A stretch of 64,000 nucleotides of DNA from an uncultured delta proteobacterium (lineage in GTDB: Bacteria > Myxococcota_A > Polyangia > Polyangiales > Houyiibacteriaceae), in the NCBI GenBank assembly GCA_963699755.1, contig CAVOVB010000011.1, forward strand, positions 7,790 to 71,789. Reading direction: 5' to 3'. Shown here piece after piece: positions 1 to 10,400 of this stretch; positions within the stretch are counted from its first letter, which is position 1; each line of letters begins with the position of its first letter. Below the pieces are notes generated by a model, which saw only the letters and a list, made by a program, of their open reading frames with translations, ran no database searches and was not told where the DNA came from. The position numbers were made by a program, and so were the translations under genes.

Positions 1-1
1 C

Positions 2-865
2 CCCGAGCTCCGCGACGCGCTCGAGAAGCTGAATCTCAACGACGCCGCGTTCATGTACGAGCCGGAGACGTCCGACGCGCTCGGCTTCGGGTTTCGTTGC
101 GGCTTCCTCGGGCTCTTGCACATGGAGATCATCCAAGAGCGGCTCGAGCGCGAGTACAATCTCGGGCTCATCACAACGGCGCCGAGCGTCGTGTATCGGG
201 TGCACACCGAAGAGAAAACTATCGACGTCGACAACCCGTCGCAGATTCCCGATGGTCGCATCCGAATCGAAGAGCCCTACTTCAAGGTTTCGATCCATGT
301 GCCTGCCGAGTTCGTCGGCTCGGTGATCAAGCTTTGCCAAGACCGCCGCGGTGAACAACAGGGCATTCAATATGCTTCCCGCGAGCGCGTGATCATTACT
401 TATTCGATGCCGCTCGCCGAAGTGCTCTTTGATTTTTTCGACAAGCTCAAGAGCGCCACCAAGGGCTACGCCTCGATGGACTACGAGCTGGCCGGGTACC
501 GCGAGAATCCTCTCGTTCGCCTCGACATGCTGCTCAACGGCCAGAAGGTCGATGCCCTCAGCGCGGTCGTTCACAAAGACAAGGCCTACTACTTGGGGCG
601 TGCGCTCGCCGCGAAGCTCAAGAAGATCGTGCCGCGACAGCAATACGAGGTGATCATCCAAGCCGCCATCGGCTCCAAGGTCATCGCTCGCGAAACCGTT
701 CGCGCCCTACGCAAAGACGTCACGGCCAAGTGCTACGGCGGCGACATCTCGCGAAAGCGCAAGCTTCTAGAAAAGCAAAAAGAAGGCAAGAAGCGCATGA
801 AGGCTGTGGGCAGCGTCGAGATTCCGCAGGACGCGTTTCACGCGATTCTCAAAGTAGACGACTAG
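2..865 (+). CDS. lepA: Elongation factor 4 (LepA), C-terminal part; 5' end outside the window
   Basis: Frame is open from nt 2. The translation [54 protein letters not shown] ... [24 protein letters not shown] matches the conserved LepA C-terminal region. Stop at 863-865. Confidence 0.95.
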   Translation, partial: PELRDALEKLNLNDAAFMYEPETSDALGFGFRCGFLGLLHMEIIQERLEREYNLGLITTAPSVVYRVHTEEKTIDVDNPSQIPDGRIRIEEPYFKVSIHVPAEFVGSVIKLCQDRRGEQQGIQYASRERVIITYSMPLAEVLFDFFDKLKSATKGYASMDYELAGYRENPLVRLDMLLNGQKVDALSAVVHKDKAYYLGRALAAKLKKIVPRQQYEVIIQAAIGSKVIARETVRALRKDVTAKCYGGDISRKRKLLEKQKEGKKRMKAVGSVEIPQDAFHAILKVDD

Positions 866-1025
866 CGCAGATCTCATCACCCTCGACCGAGGAGCGCGCG
901 GCGCGGGTGCGCCAGGTGCTGCGTCCACGAACCGAGGAATAGCAACGCAATTTCGAGCGTGAGGGGATGGCCGGACATGGCGTGCCCCCGCAAGCGAGCC
1001 GACCGAGGGGGTGACGAGATGCGCT

Positions 1026-2015
1026 CTAGTGTCGTTTGCCTCGCCGGCGGCTCTCCTTCATGTCGTCGGGCAGAAGCTCGTTAGTGCCGAGAGTCGAGGT
1101 GTTGGCGACCTGAACTTCGAACTCTTCGTTGATGTCGATGCTCTCCGCGCCCTCGGGTGTTTGGACGAGGAGGCGGTCCGCGGCGGTACCGTTCGCCGAG
1201 GCATCGGATTCGAGGGCATTGAGGTCGAGGATAATCTGGCCGTTGGCCTCTGAGGTCATCGACTCGACGGAAATGAGAATCTCTTCGTCGGGGAACTCGA
1301 TGCTCTGCGGAAGGGCCAACTGCTGCACGGTGACGTTGAGCATGATCTCGTCGCCGACCCGATCGACCAAGGTGTACGTATTCACCTGCTGAATGTCGAA
1401 ACCGTAGGCCTTGATTTGCCGGCGAGACTCCCATCGCGCGCCCAGGCCGACCGCCTCCGCGGGAAGTCGGACGCGCGTCAGGGTTTCGCGAGAATTGAGG
1501 ATCATGCGGAGCAAACGCACCGGCACATTGGAGCGCTTGGTCTGCTCGTTGAGGGCACCGTCGAGCATCTGGCCGCGGTCGTCGATCTCGACCCAGCCGC
1601 CAACGCTCTGCGCTAGCGCGGCGCCGTCTCGGAGCTGCTCCGCCAGGCTCTCGTCGAAGCCTTCCGGCACCACCGCCTCGGAGCGCACCACGTCGACCTT
1701 GAACTTCACGCCACGCTCGGTGGGCTCTGCGGGGCCCGACACGATGTCGAGACGAAGGCCCGGGAGGATCGTAAGTGCTGCGTTTTCCTGACTGGTCATG
1801 AGGCTCGCGACTCGAAACGTCGTCGTAGAGCTCGTCGTCGTGCCGGCGGCAACGTGGTAGCGAAGCTCAGACCGCGGCCTCTGTCCCTTGTCGAGCAAGC
1901 GAACCCCGCTGTGATCTGCTGTCGCAGCGTCTGCGGCCGTTTGGGTTTCCTTGCATCCGCTCAGCGCCAGTGTCGCGCAGGCTAGTGCCAGCGCTCGGAT
2001 CATCGATCGCGTCAT
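1026..2015 (-). CDS. Hypothetical lipoprotein
   Basis: ORF 1026..2048. Preferred start is ATG 2015 (MTRSMIRALALACATLALSGC...), which gives a signal peptide plus lipobox LSG|C and lies 10 nt after the stop of the upstream HAD gene. No recognisable catalytic motif. Confidence 0.7.
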   Translation of the reverse strand: MTRSMIRALALACATLALSGCKETQTAADAATADHSGVRLLDKGQRPRSELRYHVAAGTTTSSTTTFRVASLMTSQENAALTILPGLRLDIVSGPAEPTERGVKFKVDVVRSEAVVPEGFDESLAEQLRDGAALAQSVGGWVEIDDRGQMLDGALNEQTKRSNVPVRLLRMILNSRETLTRVRLPAEAVGLGARWESRRQIKAYGFDIQQVNTYTLVDRVGDEIMLNVTVQQLALPQSIEFPDEEILISVESMTSEANGQIILDLNALESDASANGTAADRLLVQTPEGAESIDINEEFEVQVANTSTLGTNELLPDDMKESRRRGKRH

Positions 2016-2025
2016 TTTGGAACCT

Positions 2026-3075
2026 CTACTCCTCGGGGAATACCGCATTCCAGTCGTTCTTCATCGAGACGATCAACCAACCCGACCCTTCCACGGCATC
2101 GAGCGCCTGGTCTAGCTTGCCCACACTACTGGCGCGATCATAGGCGTACTCACGCTCGGCGTCATCATGGTGGAGAAGGAGACCAAGCCGGGCCCCGCTG
2201 CTGCCCATTGTGGCCCACTGCAGCATCTCGAGGTCGCCGTCCGAGTTGCCGAACGCGAGAATCGGACGCCGCCCGATGTGTTTGTGAATTCCCACGGGCT
2301 TACCGGCCTTGTCATCGACGTGGTCGATGGCGGGCAGGCGCAGAAGCGAAGGTTTGCCAGCTTGAACCTCGTAACGCGTCTCGATCGACGTCCCGATCAC
2401 CCTCTCTGGTGGAATTCCGTACGCTTCCTCCGCAAAGGTTCGAATGAACTCCACGGTGCCGCCCGAAACGATGAAGGTCTCGAAGCCGTTGGCCTCGAGG
2501 TACCGCAAGAGCTCGAGTTGGGGCTCGTAGACGAGCTTGGTGTATGCCTTCTCGAGCTCGGGGTGACGAGCGTCACGGAGCCACTCGGCGACGATCGTCT
2601 CGAAGAGCGTTGTGCTCATGCCCGTGTGTGAGGCGACGACGATTTCCACCAGGCCCCGCGTCCCAGCAGACACCAGGGCGTTCCGGTCCCCCTCGAGGAT
2701 GGCCTTGAACGGCTGCTGGTCCTTCCATTCGGGGTGAACCTTCGCGAGGTCTTGGACGCGATGAAGCGCAAACGCCAGCTCGGTGTAGATGGGTTGTTCG
2801 ACCCAAAGGGTCCCATCGTTGTCGAAGGTCGCTACACGCTCAGCTGGCTCGACATAGGCGGGATCGTCCGGGTCGGCCACCGCACGGACGAAGTCGATGA
2901 TCCTGGCCTTGGTGGCATTGTCGTTCCACGAGGGGAGCGGGTCGACCTGCTCCTTCACGTTCGTAGCGGCGCTTGGACCCTGCACCCCCGGCGTCTGAGT
3001 GCTCGCGCAGCTCGACAGGAACAGGGCAAGGGCCAGGATGCTTGCCGGGCCTAAGCGGCCTGCGGTGAAAGTCAT
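2026..3075 (-). CDS. HAD-superfamily (subfamily IB-like) hydrolase, predicted lipoprotein
   Basis: ORF 2026..3165. Preferred start is ATG 3075 (MTFTAGRLGPASILALALFLSSC, lipobox LSS|C). HAD motif I is FDNDGTLW (DxDxT) and the C-terminal acidic motif is GNSDGDLEML. Confidence 0.8.
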   Translation of the reverse strand: MTFTAGRLGPASILALALFLSSCASTQTPGVQGPSAATNVKEQVDPLPSWNDNATKARIIDFVRAVADPDDPAYVEPAERVATFDNDGTLWVEQPIYTELAFALHRVQDLAKVHPEWKDQQPFKAILEGDRNALVSAGTRGLVEIVVASHTGMSTTLFETIVAEWLRDARHPELEKAYTKLVYEPQLELLRYLEANGFETFIVSGGTVEFIRTFAEEAYGIPPERVIGTSIETRYEVQAGKPSLLRLPAIDHVDDKAGKPVGIHKHIGRRPILAFGNSDGDLEMLQWATMGSSGARLGLLLHHDDAEREYAYDRASSVGKLDQALDAVEGSGWLIVSMKNDWNAVFPEE

Positions 3076-3204
3076 GGCGCGAAATGTACGAGGGTGCCCT
3101 GGAAGCGTCCAGGCCGGCCCAGCGGCTTCTTGGGCCCGATGCGTAGAGCACAGCGAGAAGACCAACGGGCTACACGGATGGCAACGACGCCGACACGGCC
3201 ACGG

Positions 3205-3253
3205 CCTTAAAAGGGTCGCCCGGTCGTTGGAGGGGGGGAGATACGACCGGGCG
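3205..3253 (-). terminator. Candidate intrinsic terminator after miaB/vanZ-like genes
   Basis: Perfect 11-bp inverted repeat CGCCCGGTCGT (3217-3227) / ACGACCGGGCG (3243-3253) with a G-rich loop. On the minus strand it is followed by CCCTTTTAA. Confidence 0.5.
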
Positions 3254-3404
3254 GGGATTAGCCGGAGGATTTATGGGGGGGTCCGCCGGCGAAGTTCTTT
3301 TGTTGTTGCGTCGGGAGCGGCTTCGCTCTCAGAAACTACAATCTAAGTATTGGGACTGAACGCGTCAATGGTACCGCGCTAGGCGAAGCTGGATTTCCAG
3401 TGCA

Positions 3405-3737
3405 TCAGCTCACATTTCTGTTCGAATAGAGATGCCAGGCACCGGCGCCGGCAACGCTGCCCACGAAGTCGGCGACGACATCGGCGAGCTCCGAGGATCG
3501 ACCCGGCACGAACGCCTGATGAATCTCGTCCGAAAGGCCCCAGAGCACCGACACGAAGACCGCAAACGCCGCGGTTCGCCAAGCCGAAGCAGACGGCCAG
3601 CTCCGCATCGAAGCAGCCGCGGAGAGCCAGCCTAGCACCGCGTACTCGACGAAGTGAATGCCCTTGTCGCGTAGCGGCAGGAATCGAACGCCAGGCACCT
3701 CGACCTCGAACGACGAGATCACGAAGATGAGCGCCAT
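3405..3737 (-). CDS. VanZ-like membrane protein (N-terminus uncertain)
   Basis: The translation LWGLSDEIHQAFVPGRSSELADVVADFVGSVAGAGAW is typical of the VanZ family. The first canonical start is ATG 3737, but family-like sequence (WRFALLY) continues upstream in frame. Confidence 0.7.
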   Translation of the reverse strand: MALIFVISSFEVEVPGVRFLPLRDKGIHFVEYAVLGWLSAAASMRSWPSASAWRTAAFAVFVSVLWGLSDEIHQAFVPGRSSELADVVADFVGSVAGAGAWHLYSNRNVS

Positions 3738-3790
3738 ATACAGAAGCGCAAAGCGCCACGGGTGAAGGCCCTTCCAGTACGAATCCTTGG

Positions 3791-5224
3791 TCAGGCTGCC
3801 CCTCCCACGCCGAGCAACGAGAGTCGCTTGCGTCGGCCGCGTCCAGGGAGGCCTTCCGCACCTGCCGTGTAACCTGACAAGCTATGCCGAAACGGCTCGT
3901 CGATGGTGACGGTCACCAGCTCGCCCGTCGGGTCGCGGCCCTCGGCGGCGACCAGGTGAACGATTTCGTTGCGCTCGCTCCGACCGGCGAAACGGCCGGT
4001 GTCACCCGGCGATGGGCCTTCGACCAGAACCTGCAAGTCTTGCCCGACCAACGACTGAAGGTGCGCCTGCTGTTGCATCTCCACCAAGGCGAATAGGCGA
4101 GCGAGACGATCATCCTTCACCTCTTCGGGAACCCCATCGCCAAGCTTGCGTGCCGGCGTATACGGTCGCGGTGAGTACTTGAAGCCAAACGCAGCAACGA
4201 AGCCAACGCGCTCAGCGAGCTCCAGGGTCTGCGCAAAGTCTTCTTCGGTTTCGCCCGGAAAGCCGACGATGAAATCCGTGGAGAGGGTGAGCCCGGGTTT
4301 GGCCTGCTTGAGCGCATCGGTTTGCCGAATGTAGTCTTTGGCGGTGTAGCGGCGCGCCATTCGCCGCAGCAAGCGATCGGACCCCGACTGAACCGGCAAA
4401 TGCACGTGGGCGGGCAGCACCTCGAGCTCCGCGTGGGCCGCTACCAGGTCAGCTGTGATGTGGCGCGGGTGCGGTGAGGTGTAGCGGAGCCGCCCGAGGT
4501 CCGGGACCTCCTCCGCGATGCGTCGAAGGAGCGAAGCGAAGCGGGACGTGGACCCGGCCAGCCTCGACTCCGGCTTGCTAGCCTCAGCCTCCGCCACAGG
4601 CTCGTGCCAGGAGTTGACCGTCTGCCCGAGCAAGGTGATCTCCCGAACCCCCCCTGCGACCAGCTCGCGAATCTCGCCAACGATCTCGTCTGCCGGCCGG
4701 TAGCGCTCCGAACCCCGTGTATGAGGAACGATACAAAACGTGCACCGCTCATCACAGCCCTTCATGACCGTCACATACGCGGTGACCTCCCGGCGATCTG
4801 CATGAGGCTTGGCCCGGAGGAATTGCGGGTCGTCCATGTCGAACACCGTTCTGGTGATCGGAGGGGCCCCATGCTCGACTTCGCGAATTAGGGCTGGCAG
4901 CTCGGGGATGTTGTCCGGCCCTAGGACGATGTCCACGAAGGGCGCCTTTCGGAGCAGGCGCTCCCCTTCCTGCTGCGCCACGCAGCCTGTGACCACCAAG
5001 ACCACGCCTCGATGAGCCTCTTTGAACGGCCGAAACGTCCCGAGAAGGCTCATCAACTTGTGCTCTGCCTTCTCGCGGACGCTACAGGTGTTGATGAGCA
5101 GGAGATCGGCCAAAGCAGGCTCGCTTGCCTCACGGTGGCCGCTCGCCCGCAGGACCTCCTCGATGCGGCGGGAGTCGTGCACGTTCATCTGGCAGCCGAA
5201 GGTCTGGACGAAGTACTGCTTCAT
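3791..5224 (-). CDS. miaB: tRNA-2-methylthio-N6-dimethylallyladenosine synthase (MiaB)
   Basis: N-terminus MKQYFVQTFGCQMNVHDS, radical-SAM CxxxCxxC (CDERCTFC), and a C-terminal TRAM-like region. Confidence 0.93.
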   Translation of the reverse strand: MKQYFVQTFGCQMNVHDSRRIEEVLRASGHREASEPALADLLLINTCSVREKAEHKLMSLLGTFRPFKEAHRGVVLVVTGCVAQQEGERLLRKAPFVDIVLGPDNIPELPALIREVEHGAPPITRTVFDMDDPQFLRAKPHADRREVTAYVTVMKGCDERCTFCIVPHTRGSERYRPADEIVGEIRELVAGGVREITLLGQTVNSWHEPVAEAEASKPESRLAGSTSRFASLLRRIAEEVPDLGRLRYTSPHPRHITADLVAAHAELEVLPAHVHLPVQSGSDRLLRRMARRYTAKDYIRQTDALKQAKPGLTLSTDFIVGFPGETEEDFAQTLELAERVGFVAAFGFKYSPRPYTPARKLGDGVPEEVKDDRLARLFALVEMQQQAHLQSLVGQDLQVLVEGPSPGDTGRFAGRSERNEIVHLVAAEGRDPTGELVTVTIDEPFRHSLSGYTAGAEGLPGRGRRKRLSLLGVGGAA

Positions 5225-5331
5225 GGCGCGGTGACGATACCTGTAGCAGCCGGCAGGACGGTCGCCAAACGGCCGAAATCACGCCGTTCGCTGGCGGAAT
5301 TGGGGCTCCCCGCGGTACAAGCACTAGGTAG

Positions 5332-7476
5332 ATGGCTGGCCGGCGATGCATCTGCCTCCTGCTCGTTCTGGCGAGCGGATGCAAGACGATCCCAGAGGAT
5401 GCGTACGGCATCGACCGGATCCGTTTCAGCGGGATGGAGGAGCTCGATCCCCAGGCCCTGAGGGCCTGCCTTGCGACCCAGGAGCGCGACCGTGTCACGG
5501 TCTCTTTTGGCACTAGCGCGGACCCGAGTTGCGGTGTTCCACCCTTCGACGGAAAGCGGGTCTCCTTCGACCTGTGGAAGAAGCTCCGCAAGGGCTGGCC
5601 GACCTTGGATTCCGCCGTGTTCGACCGCGACGTCCAGCGGATCGAGCGCTGGTACCAGGCGCGCGGCTACTACGACGCGGCCGTCGTCAGCACCGAGTTC
5701 GACCCGCCCTCCGCCGCGGGCGACGACCGGATCATCGTGGCGCCTGGCGGGCAAGCCCCTTGCGACCGGGAGGGGGCCGACGAGGGCTGCAAGCTCAGCA
5801 TCGAGATCGACGTCGAGGAGGGCAAGCCAGTCTTGGTGAAATCGATCGAGGTGAGCGGCCACGAAACTTTGGACTTGGAGAGCCGGACAAAGCTCGAGAA
5901 AGCCGTCGAGCTCGAGGTCGGCGAACCGTTCGACGAAGCGATCTACGAGCGGAGCAAGCGCGCGATTCGCCGCCAGTTGAAAGAGGCGAGCTATGCCTGT
6001 GGCAACGTCTCGGGGCGCGTCGAGATCGATCGGGAAACCAGAGAGGCTTCGGTCGGGCTCTTTGTGGACACCGGACCCCCGTGCACGCTCGGCGACATCA
6101 CCGTCACCGGCAGCGGCACACTGCCTCCAGACACGATTCTGGATGTGGCTGACCTGAAGACGGGACGAGCCTTCCACTTGAACGACATCGCGGACGCTCA
6201 GCGAGCGGTCTACGCCTTGGGCGCGCTCGCATCGGTGAACGTGACCTCGACTCCGCGACGCGACGGGGAGGAGCAGTGCACAGGAGTCGTCGACGTCAAC
6301 ATTGCCGTCGAGCCCGGCAGGAACATCCGCTGGGGTATCGGCGCCGGCGTCCAGAGCGGTACGATCGCCACCCTGACCCTCGAGCAAGACACCCGCATTT
6401 CGGACGTTCACTTGTTCGGTCTATTCGAACACCGCAATTTCATCGGTGGCTTCCGGCGACTCCGTATCGAGGATCGCCCGAAAATCGTCGCCCGCGACCC
6501 GTTCTTTCGCTTCGGCGCAGGATTTCTGTTTGGAAACGAGCTCCGCGTGGAGTACCGGCGACCCGCGTTTCTCGAGCCACGCACCACATCGGCGATTCAA
6601 TTTCGCCACGACTGGGGCCCCGACCCCTACGAGCTCTTTCGCCGTCATGATCTTCAGATTCGCGGAAGCCTCTCACGACCATTCTTCAACGGCCGGCTCC
6701 TACTCGTCGGCGCCTTGAACTACGATACCTATCTGGTGGTCGACAAGGACCCTCGATATCCAACGAGCTACCAGGTCGTCTTCTTCGACGAAAGCGTCAT
6801 CGTCGACCTTCGAGACGACTCACGCAGCCCCCGCGCCGGGTTCTTCTTTCAGGTAGGCAGTCAGCAATCTCCCGCCAAGCTGAAGCGGAGCTGGCAGTAT
6901 GTCCGGGTCACGCCGGAGGTCCGAGGCTACGCGCCCTTACCCCTGTCTTCGACGCTCGCATTTCGCTTCGGCATGGGCGCCATGTTCATATTTTCGCGAG
7001 ACCAGAACCGCTTGGACCTCATCGGGCAGGAGCTCGGGCCGCAGAACTACCGTCTGCGCTCGGGCGGCCCCACGAGTCACCGTGGCTTCTTCGGCGGTTT
7101 CCTGGGCGACCCGGGCAGCATTGATTCACTGAACCGTGAAGGTTCTGACGCGCGAAACGACGGTGGCCTTCGACGTTGGGAAGCGGGGGTCGAATGGCGC
7201 CTTCCCGTCACCCAAGCTTTCGCTACCGCCATCTTCATGGACTTCGGCGACGTGAATCGCGGTGAAGTGTGGCGCTTCAACTACATTCGCGCCGCGGCGG
7301 GGTTCGGGTTCCGCTATCAAACTCCGGTGGGCCCGATCCGGCTCGACTTCGGTTTCCTGATTCCCAAATGGCAGGTCGTTGGCGGAGACGCGCCCCCTAA
7401 CGCCTTTAACATTTTCAGATTCATTCGCGGAGGCGTGCCTGGTGCCTTTCACTTCACGATCGGTGAGGCGTACTGA
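5332..7476 (+). CDS. tamA: Omp85-family outer membrane protein, TamA-like, with lipoprotein-type signal
   Basis: 714 aa. N-terminus MAGRRCICLLLVLASGCKT, POTRA-like N-terminal repeats, and a beta-barrel ending FHFTIGEAY. The stop overlaps the tamB start (TGATG). Confidence 0.75.
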   Translation: MAGRRCICLLLVLASGCKTIPEDAYGIDRIRFSGMEELDPQALRACLATQERDRVTVSFGTSADPSCGVPPFDGKRVSFDLWKKLRKGWPTLDSAVFDRDVQRIERWYQARGYYDAAVVSTEFDPPSAAGDDRIIVAPGGQAPCDREGADEGCKLSIEIDVEEGKPVLVKSIEVSGHETLDLESRTKLEKAVELEVGEPFDEAIYERSKRAIRRQLKEASYACGNVSGRVEIDRETREASVGLFVDTGPPCTLGDITVTGSGTLPPDTILDVADLKTGRAFHLNDIADAQRAVYALGALASVNVTSTPRRDGEEQCTGVVDVNIAVEPGRNIRWGIGAGVQSGTIATLTLEQDTRISDVHLFGLFEHRNFIGGFRRLRIEDRPKIVARDPFFRFGAGFLFGNELRVEYRRPAFLEPRTTSAIQFRHDWGPDPYELFRRHDLQIRGSLSRPFFNGRLLLVGALNYDTYLVVDKDPRYPTSYQVVFFDESVIVDLRDDSRSPRAGFFFQVGSQQSPAKLKRSWQYVRVTPEVRGYAPLPLSSTLAFRFGMGAMFIFSRDQNRLDLIGQELGPQNYRLRSGGPTSHRGFFGGFLGDPGSIDSLNREGSDARNDGGLRRWEAGVEWRLPVTQAFATAIFMDFGDVNRGEVWRFNYIRAAAGFGFRYQTPVGPIRLDFGFLIPKWQVVGGDAPPNAFNIFRFIRGGVPGAFHFTIGEAY

Positions 7477-10400
7477 TGCGCTGGATCTCGCGCCTCGCGA
7501 GCTGGTTTCTCGGCTGGCCGCTCTTCGCGATCGTCTCGCTGCTCTCGAGCGTTCTCTTCCATCTGGACACCGAGCTCGGTCGCCGGATCGGCCGCGACAT
7601 GCTGAACGAGTTCGTGTCGGACCAGATGGTCGGAACCATGCACGCCGGCTACATCACACAGCTTCGCCTCTGGCGCACGATCGTCAAAGACACGTTCGTC
7701 TACGATCCGGACGGGAGAGCGATCATCTACGGAGAAACGGTCGAGCTAGGCATCGACCCCATCGCGGGCCTGCGTGGGCGCCTCCGTTTCTACTACGCCA
7801 ACCTGATCAACGGATGGGTCGACCTGGTCGACGACGGTGAGGGCGCGCCGACGTTCCTCGCGGCGTTCGAGGCAGCCGATCAGTCCCCGACCGTAGGAGA
7901 GCCGTTTCACGCGATCGTCGACAACATGGACCTGCAGAACCTCGAGGTAACAGGGGAGTTGCTCGGATTGAAGGATATCCGCGTCGTCGATTTCGATACC
8001 AAGGGCCGAATGGAGTTTTACTGGATCACCGACATCGAGGTCTGGTCTGCGCAGGGGCGCATGGTGAAACCATTCCCGTTCGAAGCGAGCATCGACAACA
8101 TCGTCGGCAGCGTTCACACGGATGTGAGGGGTGCGCAGGTCACCGCAGAGGCAAGCCGAGGCGAGGAGAAGGTGACCGCAGAGCTGGTCTACAGCCCGCG
8201 CGAAGATTCGGCTGAAGAAGACCCCTGGGACCTCGATCTCTTCGTGCGCGTGGAGCCGGTTCGCGCCAAGACTCTCCACGAGGTCGGCTTCGACTGGGCG
8301 GAATCGCTCAAAGGAGAGGCCAGCGGATGGGTGCGCCTTTGGGGACCGGAGGAGACGTATCGCCTCCAAGCCGACGTACAGACCGCAGGAGGGCGCGCGC
8401 GAATCAACGGGGATCTTCCGGCGGAGGGCGTGACTCGAATCGAGATCGCCAGCCCTCGCCTCGAGCTGAGCGAAGTGGTCGGCGGTGCACCGGAGATCAC
8501 GGTCGGCGGTCGCATCGAGATGACGAGCGACCCTGCAAACGAAGATGTCCTCGGGGTCGAGATCGAAACCGAGGGCTTCCTCTACGAAGACATCCAGGTC
8601 CCGGCCCTGTTTGCAAGGATTCGGGCCCGCGACGACGGGCTCGACGTCGATTCGGTTGACGCGGAATACGCAGGCGGTGACCTCCATCTGGATGGACGCG
8701 TGGAGTACGCGGGGATCACGGACATCCACGTCGTTGGCAACATTCCCGAGGTGAGCGGCGATCCGAATTTCGAGCAGTTCGTACCAGGCCTCGAGGGCGG
8801 CGCGGAGTTCGACCTACGGATTCGCCAGACTGTCCGCGACGACTTCGAGGCTAAGGGTCGCGTGCGCTTCGATCACTTCGAGTATGGCGCACTCAGCGCG
8901 CACTTCCTCATCCTCGAAGGGCGAGTTTGGGGGGATCCCCTCAAGCCCAAACTCGACCTGGCGCTCGACGGTGCGGCGCTGCGGGTTGCTGGATACCCGA
9001 TCGGCAATGGGCAGGCACTTCTCAAAGGAGGTCCCGAGGAATACACGGCCGTGGGCGAGTTCACGGCGCCCGTCGATCGCCGCGTCCAGTTTCAAGCCCG
9101 CGTGGCCGCCAATGAGGGCGTCTATCGTCTAGATGTCGACGAGGTGGAGCTCGCCGTGGGTGATCTCTCATGGAGGGGTTCGGTCAGCAACGCGACGCTG
9201 GACCCCGACAAGGGGCTCTCTTTCGATCGGGTGCTGATCGGCAAAGGACCACAGCGTCTCGACGCCAAGGGGGTATGGCTTTTCGATGGGCCGGATGACA
9301 TCCGCGCCGACCTAGACAATTTCGATTTGGCCGTGTTGAAGATTCTCTATCCGCGAACGGCACCCGATTTCTCGGGGGGGGTCGACCTTCACTTCGAGTT
9401 CCGTGGCGACCTCGACCGAGAGCCGACAATCGTCGCGGAGGGTACCCTCACCGATGCGGTCCTTTGGGATATCTCTCCGGTCAACGCTGCTTATCTGATC
9501 AACTACGACAAGGGGCTGCTGGACGCGGATGCGCAAGTCGACTTCGGTGGGCGAGGCAACTTCACGCTGAGCACGACAGGCTTCGTAGACCCGATGCCCG
9601 GCGGGATTGCCGAGTCCCTGCGCGAAGGCGTCTATGAGACGACGCTGAGCACTGGGGCGATGGACCTGACGCTGCTCGAGTTGATTCTGCGGGAGGACAT
9701 GCCCAACGTGCGGGGCTACGCTGATGCCAGCATTCGCTTCTCGGGCCCAATCGATGCAGCTGCATTCAAAGGGAACATCAGGATCCCAGGGTTTTTCGTC
9801 GACCGCTGGGGTCCCGTCGAGCTCGCATCCGATTTCCGGTACGAGTATGGTGCGCTGCTGGCCCAAGTTCGCATGGCGGATGACAAAGGCGAGCTGATCG
9901 AAGCCGAAGGCAGCCTCCTCGTCGACTTGGTTCACTTGGCCCAGGTGCCGAGCGAGGCTGTGGAGGCGCTGGCGACGTCGCCGTGGCGAGTTTCGCTGCG
10001 CATGCCGCCAAGGCGGTTGAGTGCGTTCCCGAAGAAACTCGGCGAGCTCTTCGTCCCAGATGCGGACCGTCTGAGGCTCGCGGCCAGCTTCACCCTCGCC
10101 GGCGGCGCGTTCCGAACCCGGGGCGATTTCCATTCCAGCGTCGATTGGCTCTCGGACTCCTCGGAGGGCCTATGCGGGAGCGAAGCCCACCCTCGCGCGA
10201 CGCTCAGAGCGCATCTGGAAGACGGGGTCACCGAGCTGACCATTGAGGGCGTGGTCGGAAACGCAAAGGTGCTCGACTTGCAGGCCTCTTTGGCGACGCC
10301 GCTGGACGATTGGTTGCGAAAGGCCGAGATCCCCGCATGGCCAGTGACCCAGATTAGCGCGGACTTCTACGATGCGCCGACGGAGAACTTGCCTTACCTC

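Noticed and set aside
5221-6411. Long antisense ORFs opposite real genes. Examples are 5221..6411(-), 7746..8729(-), 9312..10133(-), 21224..22189(+), 24550..25251(+), 28752..29561(+), 30377..31177(+), 50847..51749(-) and 61162..62242(-).
   Set aside because: All overlap genes with unmistakable family signatures on the other strand. Their translations are Arg/Ala/Pro/Gly-rich low-information sequence, typical of shadow ORFs in GC-rich DNA. None has a recognisable motif.
9374-9381. G8 homopolymer inside tamB.
   Set aside because: It lies in an essential-type housekeeping gene and encodes Gly-Gly. It most likely reflects codon composition rather than a contingency switch, so it serves as a negative control for the G9 tract at 62539.
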